Part shown: positions 1 to 8,950 of the stretch, piece by piece
How positions within the stretch are numbered: position 1 is the first letter of the stretch
Layout: every line of letters begins with the position of its first letter
NCBI GenBank assembly: GCA_947372425.1
Contig: CANBTQ010000001.1
Span: forward strand, 1-48,587
Reading direction: 5' to 3'
Origin: Comamonadaceae bacterium
GTDB taxonomy: Bacteria > Pseudomonadota > Gammaproteobacteria > Burkholderiales > Burkholderiaceae_C
DNA length: 48,587 nucleotides
Notes under the pieces: model-generated
Database searches by the model: none
What the model saw: the letters and a program-made list of their open reading frames with translations, nothing else
What the model was told of the DNA's origin: nothing
Position numbers and translations under genes: made by a program

Positions 1-137
1 TGCACCGGGTAAGCCATCAGCGTGGCGGCCTCCACCTGACTCAGGCCTGCGGCCACGCGGGCGGCCTTGAGGGTGTCGCCCGTGGGGGACGGCATGTCCA
101 ACGGCGTGAACGGGGTCGTGTGGATCGCGGTAGTCAT
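1..137 (-). CDS. XRE-family helix-turn-helix protein, N-terminal part (runs off window start)
   Basis: Manual translation from ATG at 137: MTTAIHTTPFTPLDMPSPTGDTLKAARVAAGLSQVEAATLMAYPV; LKAARVAAGLSQxEAA is a typical HTH_3 helix pattern. Not in the ORF track because it is truncated. Confidence 0.65.
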   Translation of the reverse strand, partial: MTTAIHTTPFTPLDMPSPTGDTLKAARVAAGLSQVEAATLMAYPV

Positions 138-311
138 GGCCGCATGATAAGCAGCGGCAAGGTCGGCGCGGCGGGTTCGGGCTGCGGCATAAAGGGCTTT
201 CAAGGGGTATGCAAGGCCCAGACTAACAGGAGTGCAGCTATAGGCTATTCTGGTCGGCCCACCCCCCGCGCAACCGGCCCCGCCGCAGCGCCCCACCGCC
301 CCGGATTGCTC

Positions 312-1511
312 TTGAACACCACCACCGCGCCTGCGCACCCACTGCCCACTGCCGACGTCAACCCCTGGCTGGTGCTGCTGCTGGCCGTCAGCTGCGGGCT
401 GATTGTGGCCAACATCTACTACGCACAGCCGCTGGTCGGCCCGATCAGCCTGGCGCTGGGCCTGCCGGCGCAATCGGCCGGCCTGATCGTGACGCTGACG
501 CAAGTGGGCTACGGCCTGGGCCTGATGCTGGTGGTGCCGCTGGCCGACTATGTGGAGAACCGCCGCCTGGTGCTGTGCGCAGTGGCCGTGAGCGCACTGT
601 CCATGCTGGCGGCGGCCTGCAGCACCTCGGCCGCGGTATTTCTGGTCTGTGCCCTGCTTACCGGCATCAGCTCGGTGGCGGTGCAGGTGCTGGTGCTGTA
701 TGCCGCGCACATGGCGCATGACGGCATTCGCGGCCGCGTGGTGGGCAGTGTGATGAGCGGGCTGATGCTGGGCATCATGCTGGCGCGGCCGGTGTCCAGC
801 CTGATTGCCGACCTGGCCTCCTGGAACACGGTGTACCTGTGCTCCGCCCTCACCATGGTGCTGCTGCTGGCGGTGTTGCGCAGCACGCTGCCACAGCGCC
901 AGCCCCACAGCAGCATCGGCTACGGGGTGCTGATGGCCTCGATGCTGCAGCTGGCCACGCACTCGGTGCTGCTGCGCCGGCGCGGCCTCTACCATGCCTG
1001 CCTGTTTGCCAGCTTCAGCCTGTTCTGGACCGTGGTGCCGCTGCACCTGGCGCAGCACTTCGGTCTGGCGCAGCGCGGCATTGCCCTGTTTGCGCTGGCC
1101 GGTGTGGCCGGTGCCATTGCCGCACCGATTGCCGGGCGCGTGGCCGACCGCGGCTGGGTGCGGCCCGCCACGGCAGCGGCCATGCTCACCGTGATGGCCG
1201 CGCTGCTGCTGTCACACATCGAACTGGCCAACCCGCACCACCAGGTGCTGCTGCTGGCAGCGGTAGCCATCGTGCTGGACTTTGGTGTGGCAGGCCATCT
1301 GGTGCTGGGCCAGCGCGTGATCTTTTCGGCCGCAGCGGCCCTGCGCGGACGCTTCAATGCCATCTACATGGCCACCTTTTTTGCCGGCGGCGCCATCGGC
1401 TCGGCGCTGGGTGGCTGGGCCTATGCGCAGGGCGGCTGGGCCCAGGCCGCGTGGACGGCGCTGCTGTTTCCGGCGCTGGCCTTTGCCTACTTCCTGAGCG
1501 AGAAAAAATAG
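312..1511 (+). CDS. MFS transporter
   Basis: About 12 hydrophobic helices; motifs ANIYYAQPL, PLADYVENRRL, GRVADRG, RGRFNAIYM. Start uncertain; TTG at 312 is preferred over the ORF-track start 120, which overlaps the divergent gene. Confidence 0.88.
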   Translation: MNTTTAPAHPLPTADVNPWLVLLLAVSCGLIVANIYYAQPLVGPISLALGLPAQSAGLIVTLTQVGYGLGLMLVVPLADYVENRRLVLCAVAVSALSMLAAACSTSAAVFLVCALLTGISSVAVQVLVLYAAHMAHDGIRGRVVGSVMSGLMLGIMLARPVSSLIADLASWNTVYLCSALTMVLLLAVLRSTLPQRQPHSSIGYGVLMASMLQLATHSVLLRRRGLYHACLFASFSLFWTVVPLHLAQHFGLAQRGIALFALAGVAGAIAAPIAGRVADRGWVRPATAAAMLTVMAALLLSHIELANPHHQVLLLAAVAIVLDFGVAGHLVLGQRVIFSAAAALRGRFNAIYMATFFAGGAIGSALGGWAYAQGGWAQAAWTALLFPALAFAYFLSEKK

Positions 1512-1607
1512 TTCCCCTGGCGGGCCGCGGGGCAGCCGTGCAGGGTCTGCGCCGCCTGCGCTGTTTGCCGTATATTGGGCCCACGATTCAACAGGGGGAC
1601 ACCCGAC

Positions 1608-2390
1608 ATGGCACTGGCTTCACGGTTTTCCCTTGCGCTGCTTGGCGCCCTGCTGTTTACGCCCCTGGCCTTCGCGGCCGATGCAACAGCCCTGCTGCCG
1701 TTTGCCTCCGACGAAGGTCTGGTGCGCCTGGCACGCTCGCCCGCCAAGGCCGACTTCGCCGCGCTGGCCAACCAGTTTGAAGCCCAGTCCAACGGCGCCT
1801 TTTGCGGGCCGACCACGGCCGCCATCGTGCTCAATGCCGTGCACGGTCACAACCCGGACCGGCCCCGCGACCACCGCCGCCTGCAGGCTGCCGACCTGCA
1901 GTTTGTGCCCGCCGGCTTCGACCTGAGTCTGCCCCGCTACACCCAGGACAATGTGATCGACAAGGGCGCCAAGACACGCGCCCAGGTGCTGGGCGAGCCG
2001 GTGCTGATCAACGGCAAAACGGTGCAGGACTTCGGCTACCAGACGCGCCAACTCGACGAGATGCTGCGCGCCAACGGCCTGGCCACGCGCCTGGTGATCG
2101 TGGACGATGCCCTGCCGGAAGACGGCATCCGCGCCGACCTGATCCGCAATCTGCAGCACGCGGATGACTACGCCATCGTCACCTACAAGCGCAGCGCCGT
2201 GGGCCAGACAGGGGGTGGGCACATCTCGCCACTGGGTGCGTACGACCTGCAGACAGATTCCTTTCTGGTGCTGGACGTGAACCCCGGCAGCGCCGGCTGG
2301 GTCTGGATGCCTGCCACCGTGCTCATTCAGGGCATGCGCAGTTTTGACATGCTGGAGAACCGCGGCTACATCCTGGTGAGCCCGCCGTAG
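1608..2390 (+). CDS. Phytochelatin synthase-family (papain-like) protein with signal peptide
   Basis: QSNGAFCGPTT (catalytic Cys), GGHISPLGAYD (His), LVLDVN (Asp); hydrophobic N-terminus ending AFA; GGGGA upstream of ATG 1608. Confidence 0.88.
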   Translation: MALASRFSLALLGALLFTPLAFAADATALLPFASDEGLVRLARSPAKADFAALANQFEAQSNGAFCGPTTAAIVLNAVHGHNPDRPRDHRRLQAADLQFVPAGFDLSLPRYTQDNVIDKGAKTRAQVLGEPVLINGKTVQDFGYQTRQLDEMLRANGLATRLVIVDDALPEDGIRADLIRNLQHADDYAIVTYKRSAVGQTGGGHISPLGAYDLQTDSFLVLDVNPGSAGWVWMPATVLIQGMRSFDMLENRGYILVSPP

Positions 2391-2437
2391 ATGCAGCAGC
2401 CACAGACCTTGAAGCCCCGGCGGCAGCGCCCGGCCGT

Positions 2438-3532
2438 ATGACCCTGCCATCGGAACCAGAGCGCCCGGCAGCACCGCCCGGGCACACGCTGCGCGACAGC
2501 TTGGCCCTGGTGCTTTGCAGCATGGCCCTGGCGGCCTTGCTGCACGCGCTGCATGCGCCGGCTTCGATGCTGCTGGGCAGCATGCTGGTGGCCATGGGCT
2601 TTGCGCTGCGTGCGCCGGGCCTGCGCGTTCCGCCGCCATTGTTCGGTGTGGCGCAGGGCCTGTTGGGCTGCCTGATGGCGCGCAGCCTGCAGCCGGCGGT
2701 GTTGCAGCGGGTGGCGCACGACTGGCCGCTGTTTCTGGGCTTTACGCTGCTGGTGCTGGGCGCCAGCGCGGCCCTGGGCTACACACTGGCACGGCGCCAT
2801 GTGCTGCCCGGCACCACGGCCGTCTGGGGCCTGGCGCCGGGGGCCGCATCGGCCATGGTGGTCATGGCCGATGCCTATGGCGCCGATGCCCGCCTGGTGG
2901 CGCTGATGCAGTACCTGCGTGTGGTGATGGTGACCCTGCTGGCGTCCCTGGTCTCGGCTCTGTGGGCTGGCCATGCGGCAGCGGTCGCCGCGCCGGCCGA
3001 CTGGCTGGCCTGGAGCAGCCCGGGCCACATCGCCGCCACCCTGCTGCTGGCCCTGGGCGGCATGGCCGTGGCCCGCGCGCTGCGCATATCGGCCGGTGCC
3101 ATGCTGGTGCCGCTGGTGACCGGCATCGCCCTGCAAGGCCTGGGCTGGCTGACGATTGAGTTGCCGGCGCCGCTGCTGGGCCTGGCCTACGCGGTGCTGG
3201 GCTGGAGCGTGGGCCTGCGCTTTACCCGGCCCATTCTGAACCACGCCTGGAACGCCCTGCCCCATGTGCTCAGCGCCATTCTGTCGCTGATTGCGCTGGG
3301 CTTGCTGCTGGCCTGTGCCCTGGTTGTGCTGGGTGGGTTCGATCCGCTCACCGCCTACCTGGCCACCAGCCCCGGCGGCGCCGATTCGGTGGCGGTGATT
3401 GCCGCCAGCGCCGCCGTGGATGCGGGCTTTGTGATGGCCATGCAGCTGGCGCGTTTCATCATGGTGTTTCTGTTCGGGCCGCGCCTGTTCCAGTGGATTG
3501 CGCAGCGCACCATCCCGCCGGCCCACCGGTAG
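2438..3532 (+). CDS. AbrB-family membrane protein (duplicated domain)
   Basis: Two internal repeats with APGAASAM / SPGGADSV and MQYLRV / MQLARF motifs; highly hydrophobic. Confidence 0.85.
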   Translation: MTLPSEPERPAAPPGHTLRDSLALVLCSMALAALLHALHAPASMLLGSMLVAMGFALRAPGLRVPPPLFGVAQGLLGCLMARSLQPAVLQRVAHDWPLFLGFTLLVLGASAALGYTLARRHVLPGTTAVWGLAPGAASAMVVMADAYGADARLVALMQYLRVVMVTLLASLVSALWAGHAAAVAAPADWLAWSSPGHIAATLLLALGGMAVARALRISAGAMLVPLVTGIALQGLGWLTIELPAPLLGLAYAVLGWSVGLRFTRPILNHAWNALPHVLSAILSLIALGLLLACALVVLGGFDPLTAYLATSPGGADSVAVIAASAAVDAGFVMAMQLARFIMVFLFGPRLFQWIAQRTIPPAHR

Positions 3533-3537
3533 GCAGG

Positions 3538-4323
3538 CTACTGCGCGGCGGCGTCGATCCAGGCTTCGATCTCCAGGATGGAGGCCGACGGTGCTGCCAG
3601 ATGGCTGGCATCGGGCTCGTACAGTTTTGTCAATGGATGCTTTGCCAGTTGCTCGAACAGCGTCTGCTTAACACGCAGCAAGCCGGGGTAATCGCGGGTG
3701 GGGGCGATGAACAGCACCGGCGTTGCGGGCGGGACGCTGCGCACGGCCAGGGTCTCGTTCATGGCACCGTCCGGCTCAAACCATGACAGATACACCACCG
3801 GGCTCACCGTCACGGGATACAGCCCCTTGGCGCCCTCATAGTCGTTGAGCCGGACCGGGGCCTGCCCCTGCCCGTTGGCCAGCAGTTCGCGCGCCTGCTG
3901 CACCGCGCCCGCCAGTTTGCTGCGCACCGTGGGGCCGGCCACATCCCCTCCGGGTGCAATGGCCACAATGCCGTCCACCGGGTGGCGGCCACCAAAGTAC
4001 AGCGCAAACAATCCGCCCTGGCTGTGCCCGGCAACAAAGACCCTGCGTGCCCCCTGGCTGCGCATGTCGGCCAGGGCGGCTTCCACTTCGTCCTCTGCAA
4101 CACGTACTGCGCTGTCGTATTCGCGCCGGGCAGACCAGGGCATGTCCAGATTGCGCACCAGGTAGCCGTGCTGCTCCAGTGCGGCAGCCAGTTCGGCCAC
4201 ATGCTTGGTGGGCGCGCCACCCTTGCCATGCAGGACCACCACCCCGACCCCGGGCGAAGCGGCCCGTGCCTGCAGGCCCAGCAGCGCCACCGCGAAGACA
4301 AGCAGCCAGGTTCGCAGGTTCAT
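3538..4323 (-). CDS. Secreted alpha/beta hydrolase
   Basis: Signal peptide (ARA|A), VVLHGKGG oxyanion loop, GHSQGG nucleophile elbow, C-terminal His (ASHL); GGAGG RBS. Confidence 0.85.
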   Translation of the reverse strand: MNLRTWLLVFAVALLGLQARAASPGVGVVVLHGKGGAPTKHVAELAAALEQHGYLVRNLDMPWSARREYDSAVRVAEDEVEAALADMRSQGARRVFVAGHSQGGLFALYFGGRHPVDGIVAIAPGGDVAGPTVRSKLAGAVQQARELLANGQGQAPVRLNDYEGAKGLYPVTVSPVVYLSWFEPDGAMNETLAVRSVPPATPVLFIAPTRDYPGLLRVKQTLFEQLAKHPLTKLYEPDASHLAAPSASILEIEAWIDAAAQ

Positions 4324-4460
4324 GTCGCCTCCACAAAAAACGGGTTCAGCCGAATGTAATGCAGCGGCACGGCAGCAGACCGGGTGCGGTTTGCACGCAC
4401 CTTGCCCGGGCGCAGCGCAAGATGGTCGACAATACGCAGCCCCTTACCAGCGAGAACACC

Positions 4461-4706
4461 ATGCCGGCCACTGAAATCGAAGTCACCTCTGCCGGCCAGG
4501 TTGCGGGCATGGAGTTGCTGGTGCCCACCGGCAAACAGGGCAGCACCCTGCCGCATGTGCAGGACTGGGTCACCGCCAAGCTCACGGCCCGCACGCCGGT
4601 GAAAGACGTCAGCAAGTCGGTGCTGGTCAAAGGCATCAAGCAGTGGGCGGTGTATGAGGAAAAGGCCGGCGCCAAGACCCGGCGCACGGTGTTCAAGATC
4701 ACCTGA
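4461..4706 (+). CDS. Small hypothetical protein (81 aa)
   Basis: MPATEIEVTSAG...RRTVFKIT; GC3-biased codons, GAGA upstream, fills the gap between two minus-strand genes. Confidence 0.65.
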   Translation: MPATEIEVTSAGQVAGMELLVPTGKQGSTLPHVQDWVTAKLTARTPVKDVSKSVLVKGIKQWAVYEEKAGAKTRRTVFKIT

Positions 4707-4739
4707 GCGCGGACTGGCCGCACGCGCCCCGCACAGGCG

Positions 4740-5738
4740 CTACAGCGCCTCGGTATCCACGTCGAGGGTGGCCTGCGCGTCATAACGCGCGCCGCTCACG
4801 CTGTGCTGGTTGATCAGCCGGTCTGCGGCCTGCATCACGTCCTCGGACAGGGTCAGCGCATCGGCGGCGGCATTTTCCTGGATGTGGGCCAGGCTCTGGC
4901 TGCCGGGGATGGGAATGATGTAGGGCCGGCGCTGCAGCAACCAGGCCAGTGCCAGTTGCGCCGGGGTGCAGCCAGCCTGCCCGGCCAGCAACCGGTAGGG
5001 TGCCAGCAGCGCCAGATTGCGCGGGTAATGGTCGGGCGCAAAGCGCGGCATGTTGCGCCGCATGTCGCGGGCATGCAGGGTATTCACGTCCTCCAGCAGC
5101 CCGCACAAAAAGCCGCGCGCCACCGGGCTGAAGGCGACAAAGGCAATGCCCAGTTGCTGGCACGCATCCAGCACACCGAGCTCGGCGTTGCGGGTCCAGA
5201 GCGAGTATTCGGTCTGCAAGGCCGCAATCGGATGCACCGCATGCGCACGGCGCAGCGTGGCGGCCGACACCTCGCTCAGACCGATGCTGCGGATCAGGCC
5301 ACGCTCCACCAAGCGGGCCAGCGCGCCCACGCTGTCTTCAATCGGTACCGTGCGGTCCCAGCGGTGCAGGTAGTACAGGTCTATCACTTCGGTGTTGAGG
5401 CGCTTCAGGCTGGCCTCGCACTGGCGCGCCAGGGTGTCCGGGCGGCCATCGATGATGCGTGTGGTCTTGCCATCCACCTGGCCCATCGCCAGGCCACACT
5501 TGCTGGACAGCACGATGCGGCTGCGCTGTGCCTGCAGCACCCGCCCCAGCCGCGCCTCGTTGTTGCCGTTGCCGTACAGGGTGGCGGTATCCATCAGGGT
5601 GTAGCCGGCGTCCAGCGCCCCCAGCAGCGCGCGCTCTCCGTCGACCTCGCTGACCGGTGGCGCATAACCATGGTCCAGGTTCATGCAACCCAGACCGATA
5701 CGGCCCACCTGAAACGGTCCCAAAGCGCGCAACTGCAT
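4740..5738 (-). CDS. Aldo/keto reductase
   Basis: IGLGCM, DTATLYG, IDLYYLHRWD, IGLSE, QTEYSLW, AFSPVARG and IPIPGS motifs. Confidence 0.93.
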   Translation of the reverse strand: MQLRALGPFQVGRIGLGCMNLDHGYAPPVSEVDGERALLGALDAGYTLMDTATLYGNGNNEARLGRVLQAQRSRIVLSSKCGLAMGQVDGKTTRIIDGRPDTLARQCEASLKRLNTEVIDLYYLHRWDRTVPIEDSVGALARLVERGLIRSIGLSEVSAATLRRAHAVHPIAALQTEYSLWTRNAELGVLDACQQLGIAFVAFSPVARGFLCGLLEDVNTLHARDMRRNMPRFAPDHYPRNLALLAPYRLLAGQAGCTPAQLALAWLLQRRPYIIPIPGSQSLAHIQENAAADALTLSEDVMQAADRLINQHSVSGARYDAQATLDVDTEAL

Positions 5739-5774
5739 AGCCAGCTCCCCCAAAAAACAGGGGCCTACCTTACC

Positions 5775-6434
5775 TCAGCCCGCGGGCAGCTGCACCGCAT
5801 GGCTGAAATAGCGCACGCCAGCAGGCCAGGCGCCCGGGTGGTGGGCAAAACCGTCGCGGGCCGGTTCGCTGCTGCTATTGCTGGCGCCGGCCTGGATGAT
5901 CTGCGGGCCCTCGGCGTCCAGCGCCGCACGCGATTTGAGCGAAGGGCGCACGATGGCGATGTGGCCGGGCCGCGCCGGGTCCGGGCTGGCATAGGACACC
6001 ACCACCAGCTCGCCGGCATTGGCGCGGCCTTGTGCCTGCGCCGCGTCGGCCAGGCCATGCCAGCCCTGGGCCTGGCCCTCGGCACTGGCGAACCAGCCGG
6101 TTTGCGCGCTGGCCAGCAGCCGGGCGCTGTGCTGCGGCGGGCGCAGCATATACACGCCCAGGCGCTGGCCGATGGCGGCGGCAAAGGCGCTGCAATGGGT
6201 GGCGCGGCCCAGGCCGGCGGTTTCGGTGAAGCGGTCGGCCTCGCCGGTCTCCCAGTTCACATGCTGGTGGGCCAACCAGCGGTGCTCCACATCAGAAGCG
6301 TCCAGCACCCGGGCCAGGGCCTGCGCGGCCGGTGTGAGCGGGCCGCAACAGGGGGTGGTGGCATCGGCGGCAGCCGGTGGCGGCTGCAGCCACAGCAGGG
6401 CGCAGCACAGCGCAAGGAGTACGGGGTGTTTCAT
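5775..6434 (-). CDS. Secreted protein with Cys...His dyad (papain-like NlpC/P60/CHAP-type hydrolase, putative)
   Basis: Signal peptide; THCSAFAAA and PGHIAIV motifs resemble the NlpC/P60-CHAP catalytic segments. Confidence 0.6.
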   Translation of the reverse strand: MKHPVLLALCCALLWLQPPPAAADATTPCCGPLTPAAQALARVLDASDVEHRWLAHQHVNWETGEADRFTETAGLGRATHCSAFAAAIGQRLGVYMLRPPQHSARLLASAQTGWFASAEGQAQGWHGLADAAQAQGRANAGELVVVSYASPDPARPGHIAIVRPSLKSRAALDAEGPQIIQAGASNSSSEPARDGFAHHPGAWPAGVRYFSHAVQLPAG

Positions 6435-6464
6435 GGGTGGGCCGGACAGGGTGAAGCGCCAAGC

Positions 6465-7730
6465 TTACACACAGACCGCCTGCGCCCACTGCAGATAGCC
6501 CTGACCGGCCGGCGTGAAGCGCGCATAGCTGCGCAACAGCTTCAGGCCTTGCTGGGCCTGGCTGCGCAGCTCGCCCACGCGCCGCGCCAGCTGGGTGCGC
6601 TGGCTTGTAGGTAGCGCGTCGTCCGCCAGACAACGCGTCAACGCCATGGCGCAGTGCGCGTGCACATAGACGCCTTCGAAGATGCCCACCAGCGGGCGCG
6701 GGTCGCTGCGCCAGCCCACGGCAAAGCGCGCGTCCGACTGGCCGGGCTGCAGCAGCGGCACCGACTCTTCGACATAGCGCAGCTTGACGTGGCTGTGCTC
6801 GTGCACCAGGCTTTCGAGTGCACTCACGGGGTCCGAGGGGTGTATCCAGGCCGCACCCTGCATGGACGAAATGGTGAAGCCGTTCATGCGCCAGCCCGGC
6901 GGCGGCAGGCGCGGCACGGTGACGCGCATCATGCAGCGCCACTCGTCATAGGCGTCGGGCCAGCGCGTAAGCACGGTGTGCGCCGCATCCACAATCGATG
7001 CGCAATCGCAGGCCGGATAGGCACTGGCGCGCAGGTCCACCGCATCGTCCTGCACCGTGCCTTCGCGCTCTGGGGCACGGCTTTCGTCGAGCGTGATGCG
7101 CAGTGCCGGCAAATCGTTGCGCACGGCAATTCCCGATGCGGGCAACATGGCCAGCGGGGGCTGCAGCGGCAGGCTCAGGAACGGCCCGGCGGTGTCGGCC
7201 GGGCACAGCAACACGGTGTCACCCCGGCGCTGGCACAGCCAGCTGCCATCGGCAGAGCCCGGGGGCAGGCGCACGCTGGTGGCGCAGTCCCAGGTTTCAA
7301 TGCAAGCGTGGCGTGCCACCAGAACCACGGCCGGCGCACCGTCCACCAGGCCGGTGACATAGTTGTTGACCGCCGCCAGCAGCGGGGCCACGGCCGGCGC
7401 CGGTGCGCCGGCAATCAGGGCGCGCCCGCTGCTGTGCAGCCAGTGGCGAAACAGGGGCGAGGAGCCGATGTCAAAACGCTCGGCTGCAGTGCGCGCAGCC
7501 AGATCGCGGGCCGCCTGCTGCCAGCGCGCATGGTGCCGCTCCAGCGCGGGGGATGCCAGCACGGCCTGCAACAGGGCTGCAAAATCGTCCAGCCGGTTTT
7601 GCACCGAGGCCTGCACCAGGGCCTCGGTGATGCCCACGTCGGGCATCAGGGCCTGCCGCACAAAGTCGGCGTTTTGCCACTCAGGCAGCAGGGCTGGCGC
7701 TGGCGGCGAACCGGGGGGCAGGGCTGACAT
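6465..7730 (-). CDS. HExxH-motif RiPP tailoring protein (aKG-HExxH peptide beta-hydroxylase family), 421 aa
   Basis: LESLVHEHSHVKL followed by WRSDPRPLVGIFEGVYVH and a C-terminal FTPAG, the signature of rSAM-associated HExxH domains; GAGG RBS before ATG 7730. Confidence 0.85.
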   Translation of the reverse strand: MSALPPGSPPAPALLPEWQNADFVRQALMPDVGITEALVQASVQNRLDDFAALLQAVLASPALERHHARWQQAARDLAARTAAERFDIGSSPLFRHWLHSSGRALIAGAPAPAVAPLLAAVNNYVTGLVDGAPAVVLVARHACIETWDCATSVRLPPGSADGSWLCQRRGDTVLLCPADTAGPFLSLPLQPPLAMLPASGIAVRNDLPALRITLDESRAPEREGTVQDDAVDLRASAYPACDCASIVDAAHTVLTRWPDAYDEWRCMMRVTVPRLPPPGWRMNGFTISSMQGAAWIHPSDPVSALESLVHEHSHVKLRYVEESVPLLQPGQSDARFAVGWRSDPRPLVGIFEGVYVHAHCAMALTRCLADDALPTSQRTQLARRVGELRSQAQQGLKLLRSYARFTPAGQGYLQWAQAVCV

Positions 7731-8877
7731 GAAGACCTCGCTTCTGCAGTGCGGGATGGAGGATGTTGGCCACGGCGTCGAAGAAGTACATCTGGTCGGC
7801 ACAGAGCACGGACTCGCGGTCGGAGATGCCCCGCACAGCGTCGCTGCGCCCGGGCAGAAATCCGCCGCCGCACAGGGCGCGGTGGCGGCACGCGGCGCAG
7901 CGGGCCGGCAGCGCGGCACCCAGGTTCAGCAGCCGGGCAAACAGCGGGTCGTGGCTGAGGCTGTCGAGGCTGGTGTCCTCCAGCGTGTACGGGGTGGCAG
8001 CGGAGCCGTCGGCGGCCACGCGCAGGTAGTCGGGATATTCGTAGCGGCCGTCGGTATTGACCACAAACATGTTGTAGCAGTCGTTGACCAGCACATCGAC
8101 ATGGCCGCTGCCGCCCAGTACCAGGTGCAGCAGGTTGCCAAACAGGCGCACCTGCAGGGTCGGGTCGTCGAGCGCCCACCAGCGACCAAAGAGTTCCGCG
8201 AACCATTGGCCATAGCGCGGCGCAGCCGCATAGCGGCCTTGGCCGCCCAGCGGCCAGGGCGGTTTGCGCCAGTGGTATTCCATGGGCCACAGCACATCGA
8301 TTTTGGTCACGGGCAGGCTGCGCAGCCAGTCCAGAAAAGCCTGCGGCGGCAGGTCCGGATTGGCCACCGCCAGAAAACCGCCAATCAGCGCGCCGTCGCC
8401 GCTGTCCTGCAGACGCCGCACGTTGGCCAGGACACGGTCATAGGTGCCGCGCCCGCGCAGATCCACACGGACTGCGTCGTTCACGGCCTGCGGGCCGTCC
8501 AGGCTGATGCCCAGCACCACCCCGTGCCGGCGCAGCAACTGCTGCAACTCCGGCGCCAGCGGCCGCAGCAGATTGGTCTGCACCGCCACGACCAGATTCC
8601 AGCCGTCGCGCCGACGCTGCGCCACCTGGTCCAGAAAGGCGGACCAGCAGGCCACCGGCCAGAGCAGCGGTTCGCCGCCATGCAGCACGATGGAAAAGGG
8701 CTCGGCGGCACCGCGGGGCTGGTGTTCGCAGATGCGCTCCAGCAGGCGCAGCGCGGTATCCAGGGGCATGCGACGCGGCACCCGCGTGTAGGTGCGGTCC
8801 ACCTGGTTGAACATGTAGCAGTAGGTGCAATCCATGATGCACACTGCCGTCAGTTTGACGATGACCGACTGGAACAT
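7681..8877 (-). CDS. Radical SAM/SPASM peptide maturase, FxsB/XyeB-like (cyclophane-forming) family
   Basis: CIMDCTYC (CxxxCxxC), LHGGEPLL, QTN, GISLDG, YGQWF..LF..WW, VVNTDG.YE..D.LR, C-terminal CAACxxxxxCGGG...SVLC. Confidence 0.88.
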   Translation of the reverse strand: MFQSVIVKLTAVCIMDCTYCYMFNQVDRTYTRVPRRMPLDTALRLLERICEHQPRGAAEPFSIVLHGGEPLLWPVACWSAFLDQVAQRRRDGWNLVVAVQTNLLRPLAPELQQLLRRHGVVLGISLDGPQAVNDAVRVDLRGRGTYDRVLANVRRLQDSGDGALIGGFLAVANPDLPPQAFLDWLRSLPVTKIDVLWPMEYHWRKPPWPLGGQGRYAAAPRYGQWFAELFGRWWALDDPTLQVRLFGNLLHLVLGGSGHVDVLVNDCYNMFVVNTDGRYEYPDYLRVAADGSAATPYTLEDTSLDSLSHDPLFARLLNLGAALPARCAACRHRALCGGGFLPGRSDAVRGISDRESVLCADQMYFFDAVANILHPALQKRGLHVSPAPRFAASASPAA

Positions 8878-8900
8878 GGCAATGCCGACCCACTGCGCAA

Positions 8901-8935
8901 CACGGGGCAGGCCGGCAGCTCCGGCATGCCCCGTG
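8901..8935 (-). other. GC-rich stem-loop between precursor and rSAM genes
   Basis: CACGGGGCA-g-GCCGG / CCGGC-a-TGCCCCGTG inverted repeat with a 5-nt loop and no U-tract. Confidence 0.7.
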
Positions 8936-8950
8936 CTGGCTAGCGGCTGC

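Noticed and set aside
2438-3532. Ammonia monooxygenase label sometimes given to AbrB proteins
   Set aside because: No amoABC motifs or context.
7681-7730. Frameshifted rSAM-HExxH fusion, as in fused FxsB proteins
   Set aside because: The rSAM is complete before the 50-nt overlap, the HExxH gene has its own GAGG RBS and ATG, and no slippery sequence is evident.
6465-7730. HExxH protein as a zinc metalloprotease for leader removal
   Set aside because: The WRxDPRP context and rSAM linkage fit the aKG/Fe hydroxylase family better.
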